64,000 nt of DNA from Bacillota bacterium (GTDB lineage Bacteria > Bacillota > Limnochordia > Darwinibacteriales > DTU012). The stretch is taken from assembly GCA_012837335.1 (NCBI GenBank), contig DURM01000007.1:31127-95126 (forward strand), written 5' to 3'. Of this stretch, positions 18,006-27,267 are shown one piece after another. The notes below the pieces were generated by a model. The model was not told the origin of the DNA. It worked only from the letters and a program-made list of their open reading frames with translations, and did not search any database. Each line of letters starts with the position of its first letter. The stretch's first letter is position 1. The position numbers and the translations under genes are program-made.

Positions 18006-20018
18006 ATGAAATACGGAGTTTCATACTATCCTGAGCATAAACAGCGAGCTGAGATCGAGCAGGACATTCAATTGATGCAGGAGTTGGGGATCAACTTTGT
18101 CCGCATGGGCGAGTTTGCCTGGTGCAAATTTGAGCCGGTGGAAGGCCAGTATGAATTTGACTGGTTGGATCCGGTTATCGAAGAGCTGGGGCAGCTCGGT
18201 ATCCTGACCATTATCTGCACCCCAACTGCCTGCCCGCCCGCTTGGCTGGTAGAGAAGCACCCGGAGATTCTGTATGTGGATAACCGGGGCATGACCCGGC
18301 CTTTCGGCGGCAGGCGCAGCTACTGCTACAACAACCCGGTTTACCGGGAATATTCTCGGAAAATAGCTGAGGCAATCGGGAAGCATTATCGCGATAATCC
18401 CCATGTCTTTGCTTTTCAAATAGATAACGAATTGGCGCAGGAGGGCACCGGCCGCTGCCGCTGCCCTGTCTGCCGGGATAAGTTTCACGGCTGGCTGGAA
18501 GAAAAATATGGGACCATCGATGAGCTCAACCAGAAGCTGGGCACGATTTTCTGGGGGCAGACCTACGATCATTTCGGCCAGATCAATCCGCCGGTCAATT
18601 CCATCGAGCCCAATACCAACCAGGCAATCACGGCCTTTTTTGAAAACCCATCGCTGCGTTTAGATTTTGAACGGTTCTGCAGTGATTCCAATATCGAGTA
18701 CCAAAATATCCAAACGGAAGCGCTGCGCAAATACACCGATAAAGTCATCACAACCAATGCCACAGGGGTGGCTACTAACAGCATCAATTATTACAAAGCG
18801 TTTCAGGAACTGGATAGATACGCTTTCGATTATTACCCCAGCATCAGAGATCGGGAAGTCGATTCATTTCCCTATGCCCATGCCCGAGGGGTCCGCGGCG
18901 AGCAGTTCTGGCTGATGGAGTTTGTCTCCGGCGGCGGCCATGGTGCTTGGGGCGCAGGAAGGCTCCAGCACTATCCGGGAGCCCTGCAGCAGGCAGCGAT
19001 GCACGCATTTGCTTCCGGCGCTGAGCTGGTTGCCCATTTTCAGTTTCGGACTTTCCCCTTCGGAGCAGAACAGCTGAATTATGCGATTGTGGATATTGAC
19101 GGCATTCCCCGCCGCAAATTCTACGAAGTGCAGGCAGCAGCAGCTGATCTTAAAAAACTGGGAGAGATTCTGAAAAACTCGTCATTTAAGAACGAAGTGG
19201 CTTTATGCTTTGACTATGACGCTTTATGGGCCCTTAAGATTAAACCTGTTGCTAAGGACTTTGATTATGTCAAATTCTGCAGCGAGCTTTATAATGCTTT
19301 TGTCAGCCTTGGCGTCGGTGTGGATGTAGTCAGCTGTGAGGAAGATCTCAGCGGCTATAAGGCGGTGATTGTACCGACCCCGGCGGTGATGGACGGCCGC
19401 TTTAAACAGCGGTTGAAAGACTATGTGAATGCTGGAGGCATTCTGCTGTCCACCTTCCTGGCAGGCATTAAAAACGAGTACAATGTGGGCATTGCTGAAT
19501 CGCTCCCCTGCGGTCTGACCGATTTATTCGGCATCCGAGTTGGCGAAGTGGAGCCGGTCTTTGAGCGCACTGTTTCTCAGATTGCTGTGACTGTTGGTGA
19601 CAAGGAATATCAGGGTGCTAATAAATATTGGACCGAGACCCTAGAGGAAAATGGAGCTGAGATCATTGGTTTTTACGCTGACACCTTCAGGAAAGGTACC
19701 GGCGTGATCAGCAGAAATAATTATGGCAGGGGTCGCGCTTATTATCTCGGTACGGCGCTGGCCAGTGATCTGATGAAAACTTTAGCCCAGCTGATCATTG
19801 CTGACGGGAAAATTACCCAGGTGCCATTTCCGGTACTGCCGGGTGTGGAAGTAATTGTTCGGGAATATGCAGGCCGGAAAGTCTACTGTATCTTCAATTT
19901 CTGCCAGGAAGCAGTCGAGTTTGAACTCGGCGGGACTTACACTGATCTCCTGAACGATGCGGCAGTGGCTAACCTGAAACTTGATGCAAAGAGCTATGCA
20001 TTTATTATGGATAATTGA
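18006..20018 (+). CDS. Beta-galactosidase, glycoside hydrolase family 42
   Basis: ATG at 18006 after AAAAGGAG; the upstream part of the ORF-track ORF overlaps GH29. MKYGVSYYPEH, FAWCKFEPVEG, and the GH42 Cys cluster CRCPVCRD are present. Confidence 0.8.
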   Translation: MKYGVSYYPEHKQRAEIEQDIQLMQELGINFVRMGEFAWCKFEPVEGQYEFDWLDPVIEELGQLGILTIICTPTACPPAWLVEKHPEILYVDNRGMTRPFGGRRSYCYNNPVYREYSRKIAEAIGKHYRDNPHVFAFQIDNELAQEGTGRCRCPVCRDKFHGWLEEKYGTIDELNQKLGTIFWGQTYDHFGQINPPVNSIEPNTNQAITAFFENPSLRLDFERFCSDSNIEYQNIQTEALRKYTDKVITTNATGVATNSINYYKAFQELDRYAFDYYPSIRDREVDSFPYAHARGVRGEQFWLMEFVSGGGHGAWGAGRLQHYPGALQQAAMHAFASGAELVAHFQFRTFPFGAEQLNYAIVDIDGIPRRKFYEVQAAAADLKKLGEILKNSSFKNEVALCFDYDALWALKIKPVAKDFDYVKFCSELYNAFVSLGVGVDVVSCEEDLSGYKAVIVPTPAVMDGRFKQRLKDYVNAGGILLSTFLAGIKNEYNVGIAESLPCGLTDLFGIRVGEVEPVFERTVSQIAVTVGDKEYQGANKYWTETLEENGAEIIGFYADTFRKGTGVISRNNYGRGRAYYLGTALASDLMKTLAQLIIADGKITQVPFPVLPGVEVIVREYAGRKVYCIFNFCQEAVEFELGGTYTDLLNDAAVANLKLDAKSYAFIMDN

Positions 20019-20044
20019 TTCGGTCAGCAAAGGGGGAGAGGGGA

Positions 20045-22759
20045 ATGAAACAAGCAGTTATTCTAACTAGTGCTGAAAAAAACAAGCGGATCGAATTTGG
20101 AATTACTTATCTGGAAACAGCGCTTGCAAGCGCGGGTTATACGATTGAAAGAGGAGTTTTAGATCAAGATTACTACCGCTATCGGGATTTTCCGGGCGAG
20201 AAGATTTACATCGGCTGCAGGGGAACAGATCCCTTTACAGCTTGGCTCGAAGCAGAAGAAATCCTGATTTACCATGGACAGGAACCCCAACGGGAAGGGT
20301 TTTATCTCACTACTTGTCCCGGATTATTAACCGCTGTTGTCGGTGGAGATGATGTTGGGGCGCTGTATGGCTGTTTGGAATTGGCGGAGCGGATTGAAGC
20401 AGCAGGCGGGATTCCCGCTAATCTGGCGTTTTATGATGCTCCTGAGTTTAAACTGAGGGGACCCTGCCTGGGTCTGCAGAAAACCAAGATTGAACCGCCG
20501 CGGCTTACTTATGAGTATCCGATTACTCCGGATCGGTTCCCCTGGTTTTATGATCGGGAAATGTGGTTAAAGCTGCTGGACCGCATGGTTGAGTACCGCT
20601 GCAATGTGCTTTACTTGTGGAGCGGCCATCCCTTTTCCTCCTTGGTTAAGCTCGCGGATTATCCGGAGGCGCTGGAAGTAACGGATGAAGAGTTCGAGCT
20701 CAACCGGGAGATGTTCGGCTGGCTGACCGAAGAGTGCGACCGCCGCGGCATCTGGGTGGTTTTGAAGTTCTACAACATTCACATTCCCCATCCATTTGCG
20801 GTAAAGCACGGCCTGGAGCAGCGGCAGAGCCGAATTCATCCCCTAGTAGCGGATTATACCCGGAAGTCAATTGTTGAATTCATCAAGTCCTTCCCGAGAA
20901 TTGGTTTGATGGTGTGCCTTGGGGAAGCTCTCCGGGGCTATGACAATAAAACGGAGTGGTTTGTGGATACGATCATTCCTGCTGTGAGAGAAGGCATTAA
21001 GGAAGCGGGACTGACAGAAGAGCCGCCGATTATTCTCCGCGCCCACGACTGCGATCCCTTTGCAGCAATTGAGGGAGCGGCGGAGCAGTACTCCAATCTC
21101 TATACGATGTGGAAATACAATGGGGAAAGCCTCACTACTTATTATCAGCGGGGCAATTGGCACAAGCAGCACGCGGCCTTGAGCAAGATGAAATCGACCC
21201 ACATCATCAATGTTCACGTGCTGGCCAACTTGGAGCCGTTTCGCTTTAAAGCTGCCAATTATATTCTTAAATGCATGCAGTCGGCTAAATACCAGCTTGG
21301 CGGCAATGGACTCCATCTTTACCCGCTCTTTTATTGGGATTGGCCCTACGCTCCGGACAAGGCCGAACCGCGTCTTCTGCAGCTGGATCGGGATTGGCTG
21401 TGGTACGAAGCGTGGTTCCGCTACGCGTGGAATCCGGAGCGGAATGAGCAAACAGAAGCTCTCTACTGGACCAAGCGCCTGGCAGAGCACTATGGGTTAG
21501 AACTGGAAAGAGCAGAGCAGCTGCGGCAGGCTGTCGAAAGCGCCGGCCATATTGCTCCAAAGATTTTGGGTCGGATCGGTATTACCGAAGGCAACCGCCA
21601 GACTTTCAGCCTCGGCATGACCATGAGCCAAATCACCAATGTCAACCGCTATGGCCCGAACCGGGAGCTCTGGAATTCAGTCGCCCGTCGGGGCGAGCAG
21701 CCCGATGACTACATCACCAACGAAGTGGCGGGGCAGCCCCATATCGGTGAAACGCCTTATGATACTATCGCAGAAGTAAAAGCCGATGCCAAAATAGCTC
21801 TCGCCAGCATCAACAGCGCTTTAGAAAGTTTAACCAACCCCGATCCGGAGTTGGTGCGGATTAAGACAGATATTGAAGCCCTGTATTATCTCACTGAATT
21901 CTACTGCGCTAAACTGGAAGCGGGAATGCTGATTTTAAAATACAAATACACCATGGACGAGAATTACCAAGGGGATTTTGATCTGCTCGAGCAGGCGGCA
22001 GATTGGATGGCAGAGAGTCTGAAAGCTTACCGCAGAGTGACTGAGCTTACCAAAGATACCTATCTTTATGCCAACAGCCTTCAGACCACCCACCGCAAGA
22101 TTCCTTTCCCCGATGGGGAGCGGTATTACCACTGGTCGCAATGCCTGCCTGAATATGAGCAGGAATATGAGAACTTTGTCCGCAATGCCGCGCGGCTGAA
22201 AGCAGGTGAGCTGCCGCAGTTTGCAGCTGGGGATCAGCCGGTGAAAAAGCTTCCGGAAGCAGAATTTGAGCTGTTAAGTCCGGAGTGGGAACTGTGCCCG
22301 GTGCGGATTGGCAGCAGGTTGTTTAAGGATGGACGGGAGATAATCCAGGCGGTTATTCCGCCCCTGGACGGCATGACCGGCATCCGCCTAAGCCACGCAG
22401 CCTGCCGCAGTAAAGGGGCAGAAATTAAGCTGGAGTTGAAAGAAGACAGCCAGATCTTAATTGGATATATCAAGGACCAGGATCAGAAGTGGCTGCAGGC
22501 GCCGAAACTGGAAACCAATGCTCACGCAGATGATCGGGGCGGATTTAAAGTCCAGTTCGGCAATGCGGTGCTCGCTTCTGACTGCCCGGCTGTCGATATT
22601 CATGCCCTGCAGTATGAAAAGGGTGTCCATGAGCTGTACTTAGGTACCGGAAGCTTTCTGGTTATAGGCATTGTGCCAAAAACCGTCAACTTGGCGGATG
22701 CAGCCGGCAAGTATGCCAAAGATGGTCCGGAAACCTTAGATTGGCTGTACACAGAATAG
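20045..22759 (+). CDS. Large cytoplasmic putative glycoside hydrolase (904 aa) with GH20/67/84/89/115-clan-like N-terminal lid domain; family unassigned
   Basis: ATG at 20045 after AAAGGGGGAGAGGGGA. The N-terminal GH67N/GH20b-like stretch LLTAVVGGDDVGALYGCLELAERIE is followed by a probable TIM-barrel core (VLYLWSGHPF, LMVCLGEA). No signal peptide. Confidence 0.35.
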   Translation: MKQAVILTSAEKNKRIEFGITYLETALASAGYTIERGVLDQDYYRYRDFPGEKIYIGCRGTDPFTAWLEAEEILIYHGQEPQREGFYLTTCPGLLTAVVGGDDVGALYGCLELAERIEAAGGIPANLAFYDAPEFKLRGPCLGLQKTKIEPPRLTYEYPITPDRFPWFYDREMWLKLLDRMVEYRCNVLYLWSGHPFSSLVKLADYPEALEVTDEEFELNREMFGWLTEECDRRGIWVVLKFYNIHIPHPFAVKHGLEQRQSRIHPLVADYTRKSIVEFIKSFPRIGLMVCLGEALRGYDNKTEWFVDTIIPAVREGIKEAGLTEEPPIILRAHDCDPFAAIEGAAEQYSNLYTMWKYNGESLTTYYQRGNWHKQHAALSKMKSTHIINVHVLANLEPFRFKAANYILKCMQSAKYQLGGNGLHLYPLFYWDWPYAPDKAEPRLLQLDRDWLWYEAWFRYAWNPERNEQTEALYWTKRLAEHYGLELERAEQLRQAVESAGHIAPKILGRIGITEGNRQTFSLGMTMSQITNVNRYGPNRELWNSVARRGEQPDDYITNEVAGQPHIGETPYDTIAEVKADAKIALASINSALESLTNPDPELVRIKTDIEALYYLTEFYCAKLEAGMLILKYKYTMDENYQGDFDLLEQAADWMAESLKAYRRVTELTKDTYLYANSLQTTHRKIPFPDGERYYHWSQCLPEYEQEYENFVRNAARLKAGELPQFAAGDQPVKKLPEAEFELLSPEWELCPVRIGSRLFKDGREIIQAVIPPLDGMTGIRLSHAACRSKGAEIKLELKEDSQILIGYIKDQDQKWLQAPKLETNAHADDRGGFKVQFGNAVLASDCPAVDIHALQYEKGVHELYLGTGSFLVIGIVPKTVNLADAAGKYAKDGPETLDWLYTE

Positions 22760-22779
22760 ATGAGTGGAGGCGGTGCCGA

Positions 22780-23925
22780 GTGACTTCTAAAGAAAGAGTG
22801 CTGAAAACAATTGCCCATCAGGAACCAGATCGGGTTCCGGTGGGAGAATGGGGCATCGATCACGATCATGTCAGTAGGATTATCGGCCGCCATACTTATT
22901 ACCGCAACCGCCGCGATGAAACGATTGCCATTTGGGAAGGCAGACGAGACGAGGTTGTGGGCAGCTATAAGCACGACTATGAAGAGCTGATCAAGAAACT
23001 GGATTACGACATCATTACCGTTGATCTAGTACCGCCGCGAGGCTATATCCATCCTGACCCTCCCCGCAGAATCGGGGAGGGTGTGTGGGAGGATTCCCGG
23101 GGACGAATTTATAAATATGCGGCCAGCAATGATTCAATCATGTGCATCGATAATAAGGAGCCTGCCCGGGAGCAGGTTACTGACGAGGATCTTGCAAGGC
23201 TTTTTGCCAGTTTGGATCAGATGGACGATTCTATCTTCGAGCTCGTCGATTATTTCGGGGCTAAATACGGCGATGAGAAAGTGGTTTTATTCCGCGGCAT
23301 CGATATCTACGACTGTTTGATGAATGTTTTTGGCGGCGATCAAGAGCATCAGCTGATTCTGCCTCTAATTGCTCCGGAACAGATCAAGAAAGTGCGTGAT
23401 TACGCCTTAGCGTACAATAAAAAGCTGATCAAGCACTGCGCAGAAAACAAGGTGTTAATCTGCATGCAGGGGAAAGATTTCGGGATGAATACTTCTACAA
23501 TCATGTCGCCTGCAGTAATCCGGGACATCTATCTGCCATTGATTGCGGAAGTCAACCGGGAAATCGCAGCTCACGGGATGATTCCCTTCTTCCACTGCTG
23601 CGGCAATATCTGGGCGATTCTCGATGATTTTGCAGCAGCTGGCTATCAGGGATACCAGTCGATTCAAGAAACGGCGGGTATGGATACCCGGCGGGTTAAG
23701 GAGCAGTATGGTGATATTCTCACGCTCTGGACTGGAATCCAGTGCGAGACCTTAATTGAAGGTACGCTGGCGGAGACGGAGCAGGAGGTTAGGTCGGCGT
23801 TAGAGTTTTTAATGCCGGGAGGGGGATTTATTTTCGGCTCCACCAATTCAGTTCAGTATGGAGCTAAGACCGACAACTACCTCAAAGCTCTGGAGATTGT
23901 GCGGGAATATGGGATCTACCGCTGA
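22780..23925 (+). CDS. URO-D (uroporphyrinogen decarboxylase/MtaA methyltransferase-like) family protein
   Basis: GTG at 22780 lies 9 nt after GGAGG; the ORF-track TTG at 22741 overlaps the upstream gene. [17 protein letters not shown] and [29 protein letters not shown] match the URO-D/MtaA fold. Confidence 0.55.
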   Translation: MTSKERVLKTIAHQEPDRVPVGEWGIDHDHVSRIIGRHTYYRNRRDETIAIWEGRRDEVVGSYKHDYEELIKKLDYDIITVDLVPPRGYIHPDPPRRIGEGVWEDSRGRIYKYAASNDSIMCIDNKEPAREQVTDEDLARLFASLDQMDDSIFELVDYFGAKYGDEKVVLFRGIDIYDCLMNVFGGDQEHQLILPLIAPEQIKKVRDYALAYNKKLIKHCAENKVLICMQGKDFGMNTSTIMSPAVIRDIYLPLIAEVNREIAAHGMIPFFHCCGNIWAILDDFAAAGYQGYQSIQETAGMDTRRVKEQYGDILTLWTGIQCETLIEGTLAETEQEVRSALEFLMPGGGFIFGSTNSVQYGAKTDNYLKALEIVREYGIYR

Positions 23926-23948
23926 GAATGGTGATGGAGGAAAAGAAG

Positions 23949-26165
23949 ATGGTTGATCTAAAGATGGTGAAAGTAACGGCCGGCGAGTATAAGCGGGGTG
24001 GCGGTGATCTGAAAGACAGACCAGATGCGCTGCCTCGCCACAAGGTAACCCTTACCAGCGATTTTGCGATCTCGCAGGAGCCGATTAAATACGACTTGTT
24101 TGCGCACTTTTATCTGGAAAGGTACGGTGAAAAGCCGGATGTAGAGAACTATATGGGTTATGTGATTGGGGTCAGCTGGTATGAGGCGGATGAATTCTGC
24201 CGCTGGCTGACGGAAAAAACCGGTGAGTTCTACCGTCTGCCGACAGAAGCAGAGTGGGAGTACTGTGCACGAAACAGCCGCAAATTAGGCCTTGACCGGA
24301 TGTGCGACCTGCATCTGCGGGAGTGGTGTTTTGATTGGTACGATGTCTACTCGGAAGAGGATCAGATTGATCCCGCAGGGCCCGATGGAGGCATGTTTAA
24401 AGTTGTCAGGGGCGGATTTTTAGACAATCCGGAGCGGTTTAATACTTACCACACCGAAGTGTGGATGCGGGCGTCGATGGCGCCGAACTACCGCCACTAC
24501 CCAGATGATATCCACAATGATTTTGGGCGCCACAATATTGGTTTCCGCGTGATCAAGGGACAACCTGCCGTGACCAACGGCAGGCAGGTTACTGCCCCCC
24601 TCAGTCTGCATGTAAAAGAAAACCCGCCGATGGGTAAAATCCGCGGGGATGTTCCTTATTTCCGCAAGCGGTTCTTATTTCCGATTCCGCCGGATACCGC
24701 TTCGTCCGAAGCGATTCGAGCATTCGGCTTAAATCCGCTGCTGCGGCACCACAACCATTCTCCGGGATTTGATGTGGCGCCAAATGGTGATTTGATCGTA
24801 TCTTTTTACTCATCCTACTGGGAATACGACGCAGAGGTGGGGCTGATTGCCGCAAGGCTCCGGTATGGTGCCGATGAGTGGGAGCTTCCGGATATCTTCG
24901 TGAATCCCGTGGCAGTTAATGACCATGCGCCCCTCTTGTTTACTGATTCTGATGGCACCATCTACCATTTCTGGGGCTGGCCGGAGCTGGAAAATGCGTT
25001 TCCGTTCCAGTTCATCTACTCTAAAGACAGCGGCGCAACCTGGAGTGAAGTGCAGTTTCCCAAGTTTAAGGAGAAGGCGGAGCAGGTGATGCGCCAGCCG
25101 ATTAACACTGTCGTGCACGCCCAGGACGGTTTTTATTACCTAGCCTGTGATGTGCGGGGCGAGTCCGCTTCGGTTTTGTACCGTTCCAAAGATTTGCTTA
25201 ACTGGGAAGTGCCTCAGGGCAAGACTCCAGGCCGACACAGCACAGTAGTGGAGTTACAAGATGGGCGGCTGTTGGCTGTGGGTGGAAAAAACACTGCTAT
25301 TGATGGCTATATGCCCCAAGGTATCTCCGGGGATCGGGGCGATACCTGGGAAGTGAGTAAAACTCCCTTTCCCGCCATGTCTTCGGGGCAGAGACCCTGC
25401 ATCATTAGGCTTCAGAGCGGACGGCTGTTTATGTGCGGAGATTTCCAGAACAAACAGGGTCAAAGACCCCGGGAAGCAGGCCCCGACGAGTGGGGTTCCT
25501 ACGCTGCTTATTCTGAGGACGAAGGAAAAACTTGGAAGTTTAAGAAATTATGGGGTACCCAGCACAAGAAGCAGGATGCCAACCAGTTAGGCGGGTCCCA
25601 CACCATAGGATATGCGGTCTGCCGCCAGTCGCCGGATGGACTGATTCACATTATTACTTCCAACAACCGCCCCAGTCTCCACCTCTGCTTTAATGAAGCC
25701 TGGCTGTTGGACGATGCGGAACCGACCATTCCTGATGATCAGGAACTGATGTACGAGCGGGCAGCCAAACTGCGGGATGTGGAGACTTATACGGAAAAAT
25801 ACGAAAACGGACAGGTTAAGTGTGTCTATTCCGGCGGATTTGCTGAGGACGGGCGTTTTCTCCTCCATGGTGAAGAAAGATGGTATTATCCGTCCGGACA
25901 GCTGATGACCGAGTGCACTTATGAGTATGGGGTCAGGAAAAACCGCTATGTCCACTATTCTGAGTTGGGAGATAAAATCTGGGAATGGGAGTATCTAAAG
26001 GACAATACAGCTGTCTATAAAACTTATTATTCCAATAACCAGCTGAAGACTGTGGGCCGCTACCGCAGCCGCATTGCGGAAGGCTGGAGCGAGACCTATT
26101 CTCCTGAAGGTAAGGTAACTGCTAGATTCTTATTTGATAACGGCAGGATTATTAAAAACGAGTAA
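23949..26165 (+). CDS. Three-domain protein: FGE/SUMF1-like domain + BNR/sialidase-like beta-propeller + C-terminal MORN-variant repeats
   Basis: ATG at 23949 lies 8 nt after GGAGG. FGE-family core [15 protein letters not shown]...RGGF...NIGFRV. BNR/Asp-box motifs [16 protein letters not shown] and SEDEGKTW. C-terminal YwqK/MORN_2-like repeats in WYYPSGQL...[16 protein letters not shown]...FDNGRI. No signal peptide. Confidence 0.5.
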   Translation: MVDLKMVKVTAGEYKRGGGDLKDRPDALPRHKVTLTSDFAISQEPIKYDLFAHFYLERYGEKPDVENYMGYVIGVSWYEADEFCRWLTEKTGEFYRLPTEAEWEYCARNSRKLGLDRMCDLHLREWCFDWYDVYSEEDQIDPAGPDGGMFKVVRGGFLDNPERFNTYHTEVWMRASMAPNYRHYPDDIHNDFGRHNIGFRVIKGQPAVTNGRQVTAPLSLHVKENPPMGKIRGDVPYFRKRFLFPIPPDTASSEAIRAFGLNPLLRHHNHSPGFDVAPNGDLIVSFYSSYWEYDAEVGLIAARLRYGADEWELPDIFVNPVAVNDHAPLLFTDSDGTIYHFWGWPELENAFPFQFIYSKDSGATWSEVQFPKFKEKAEQVMRQPINTVVHAQDGFYYLACDVRGESASVLYRSKDLLNWEVPQGKTPGRHSTVVELQDGRLLAVGGKNTAIDGYMPQGISGDRGDTWEVSKTPFPAMSSGQRPCIIRLQSGRLFMCGDFQNKQGQRPREAGPDEWGSYAAYSEDEGKTWKFKKLWGTQHKKQDANQLGGSHTIGYAVCRQSPDGLIHIITSNNRPSLHLCFNEAWLLDDAEPTIPDDQELMYERAAKLRDVETYTEKYENGQVKCVYSGGFAEDGRFLLHGEERWYYPSGQLMTECTYEYGVRKNRYVHYSELGDKIWEWEYLKDNTAVYKTYYSNNQLKTVGRYRSRIAEGWSETYSPEGKVTARFLFDNGRIIKNE

Positions 26166-26176
26166 GAGGGAAAACC

Positions 26177-27253
26177 ATGACAGATAAGCTGACTCTAGGT
26201 GTATTGGGTTTGGGGGAAGGCAGAAGCATTATTTCTGCCTGCCTCCAGAGTGAGATGTGGGAATTGGGCAATATCTGCGATATTAATGAAGAGATGTGCC
26301 GAGAGCGGGCAGAGGAGTTTGGACTTACCAAATACACAACCTCGTATCAGGACATGCTGCGGGATCCAGAAATAGATGTAATCGGAATTTACACTCCCGA
26401 CCAGCTTCACGCTGCCCATATTAAGCTGGCACTCGAAGCGGGAAAACATGTGATCTGCACCAAACCCCTGATTGTGGATTTAAGCCAAGCCAAGGAGCTG
26501 TTGGAAGTGCAGAAGCGGACCGGGAAGGCGGTCTTTGTGGGTCAGAGCTCCCGCTATTTTGAGCCGATGGTGCGGCAGCGCCAGGATTATCTGGCGGGTA
26601 AGCACGGTGAGCTTGTAACAATTGAGACCCACTATATCAGTGATTCCCGCTGGTTTCTCCAGAAAAGCTGGAGCCATCAGTCCGGATTCTCGTGGCTGTA
26701 CAATTTTATGAACCACGCGGTTGACTTGGCCGCTTGGTATCTGCCGGATGTGGAGGAAGTTTACGCGGTGGGAGTAGTCAGCGCCAACACCAAAGAATGG
26801 AAGCTGACAGTACCGGATACCATTAAAGCGGTTTTGAAGAGCACTAGCGGCATCTGCGCCAGCGCAGCCGGCGTTTATGCGGCGCCAACTCTGGGCAGCG
26901 CGGTGGAGCAGTCCATCAGCTGCACTCTCAGAGGCACGAAGGGAATCAGCCGCGCTGGATACCCAAAGCTTCAGTATTACACCAATTTCCCTCCGGTGAA
27001 GAAAACGGCAGAACTGCACACCTACGACGAAATGCATGGCTATTACTTCCGGTTTGAAGCGGAGACTCACCACGCGGGAGAATACCAGAATTATATTGAA
27101 GAATTTGCCTCCTGTCTCTTTCAGGGCAAAACACCAAAGCCGGATCTGGAGGAAGGGATTCGGACGATTGCGGTGCTGGAAGCAATCGATGAGTCGATGC
27201 GGACCGGAAAAGTTGTGAAAGTAGATGAAGTGCTGGCAAAATATCTTGGCTGA
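26177..27253 (+). CDS. Gfo/Idh/MocA-family NAD(P)-dependent oxidoreductase
   Basis: LGVLGLGEGRS Rossmann N-terminus, and GKHVICTKPL (EKP-type motif). Confidence 0.7.
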   Translation: MTDKLTLGVLGLGEGRSIISACLQSEMWELGNICDINEEMCRERAEEFGLTKYTTSYQDMLRDPEIDVIGIYTPDQLHAAHIKLALEAGKHVICTKPLIVDLSQAKELLEVQKRTGKAVFVGQSSRYFEPMVRQRQDYLAGKHGELVTIETHYISDSRWFLQKSWSHQSGFSWLYNFMNHAVDLAAWYLPDVEEVYAVGVVSANTKEWKLTVPDTIKAVLKSTSGICASAAGVYAAPTLGSAVEQSISCTLRGTKGISRAGYPKLQYYTNFPPVKKTAELHTYDEMHGYYFRFEAETHHAGEYQNYIEEFASCLFQGKTPKPDLEEGIRTIAVLEAIDESMRTGKVVKVDEVLAKYLG

Positions 27254-27267
27254 AGCAGGAAAGGAAG

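Noticed and set aside
23949-24600. Interpreting the FGE-like domain as evidence of a sulfatase or sulfated-glycan system
   Set aside because: No sulfatase, anSME or sulfate transporter is in the window. The region aligned to the FGE catalytic cysteine pair appears to lack cysteines. I therefore treated it as a non-canonical FGE-fold domain rather than calling a sulfatase maturation system.
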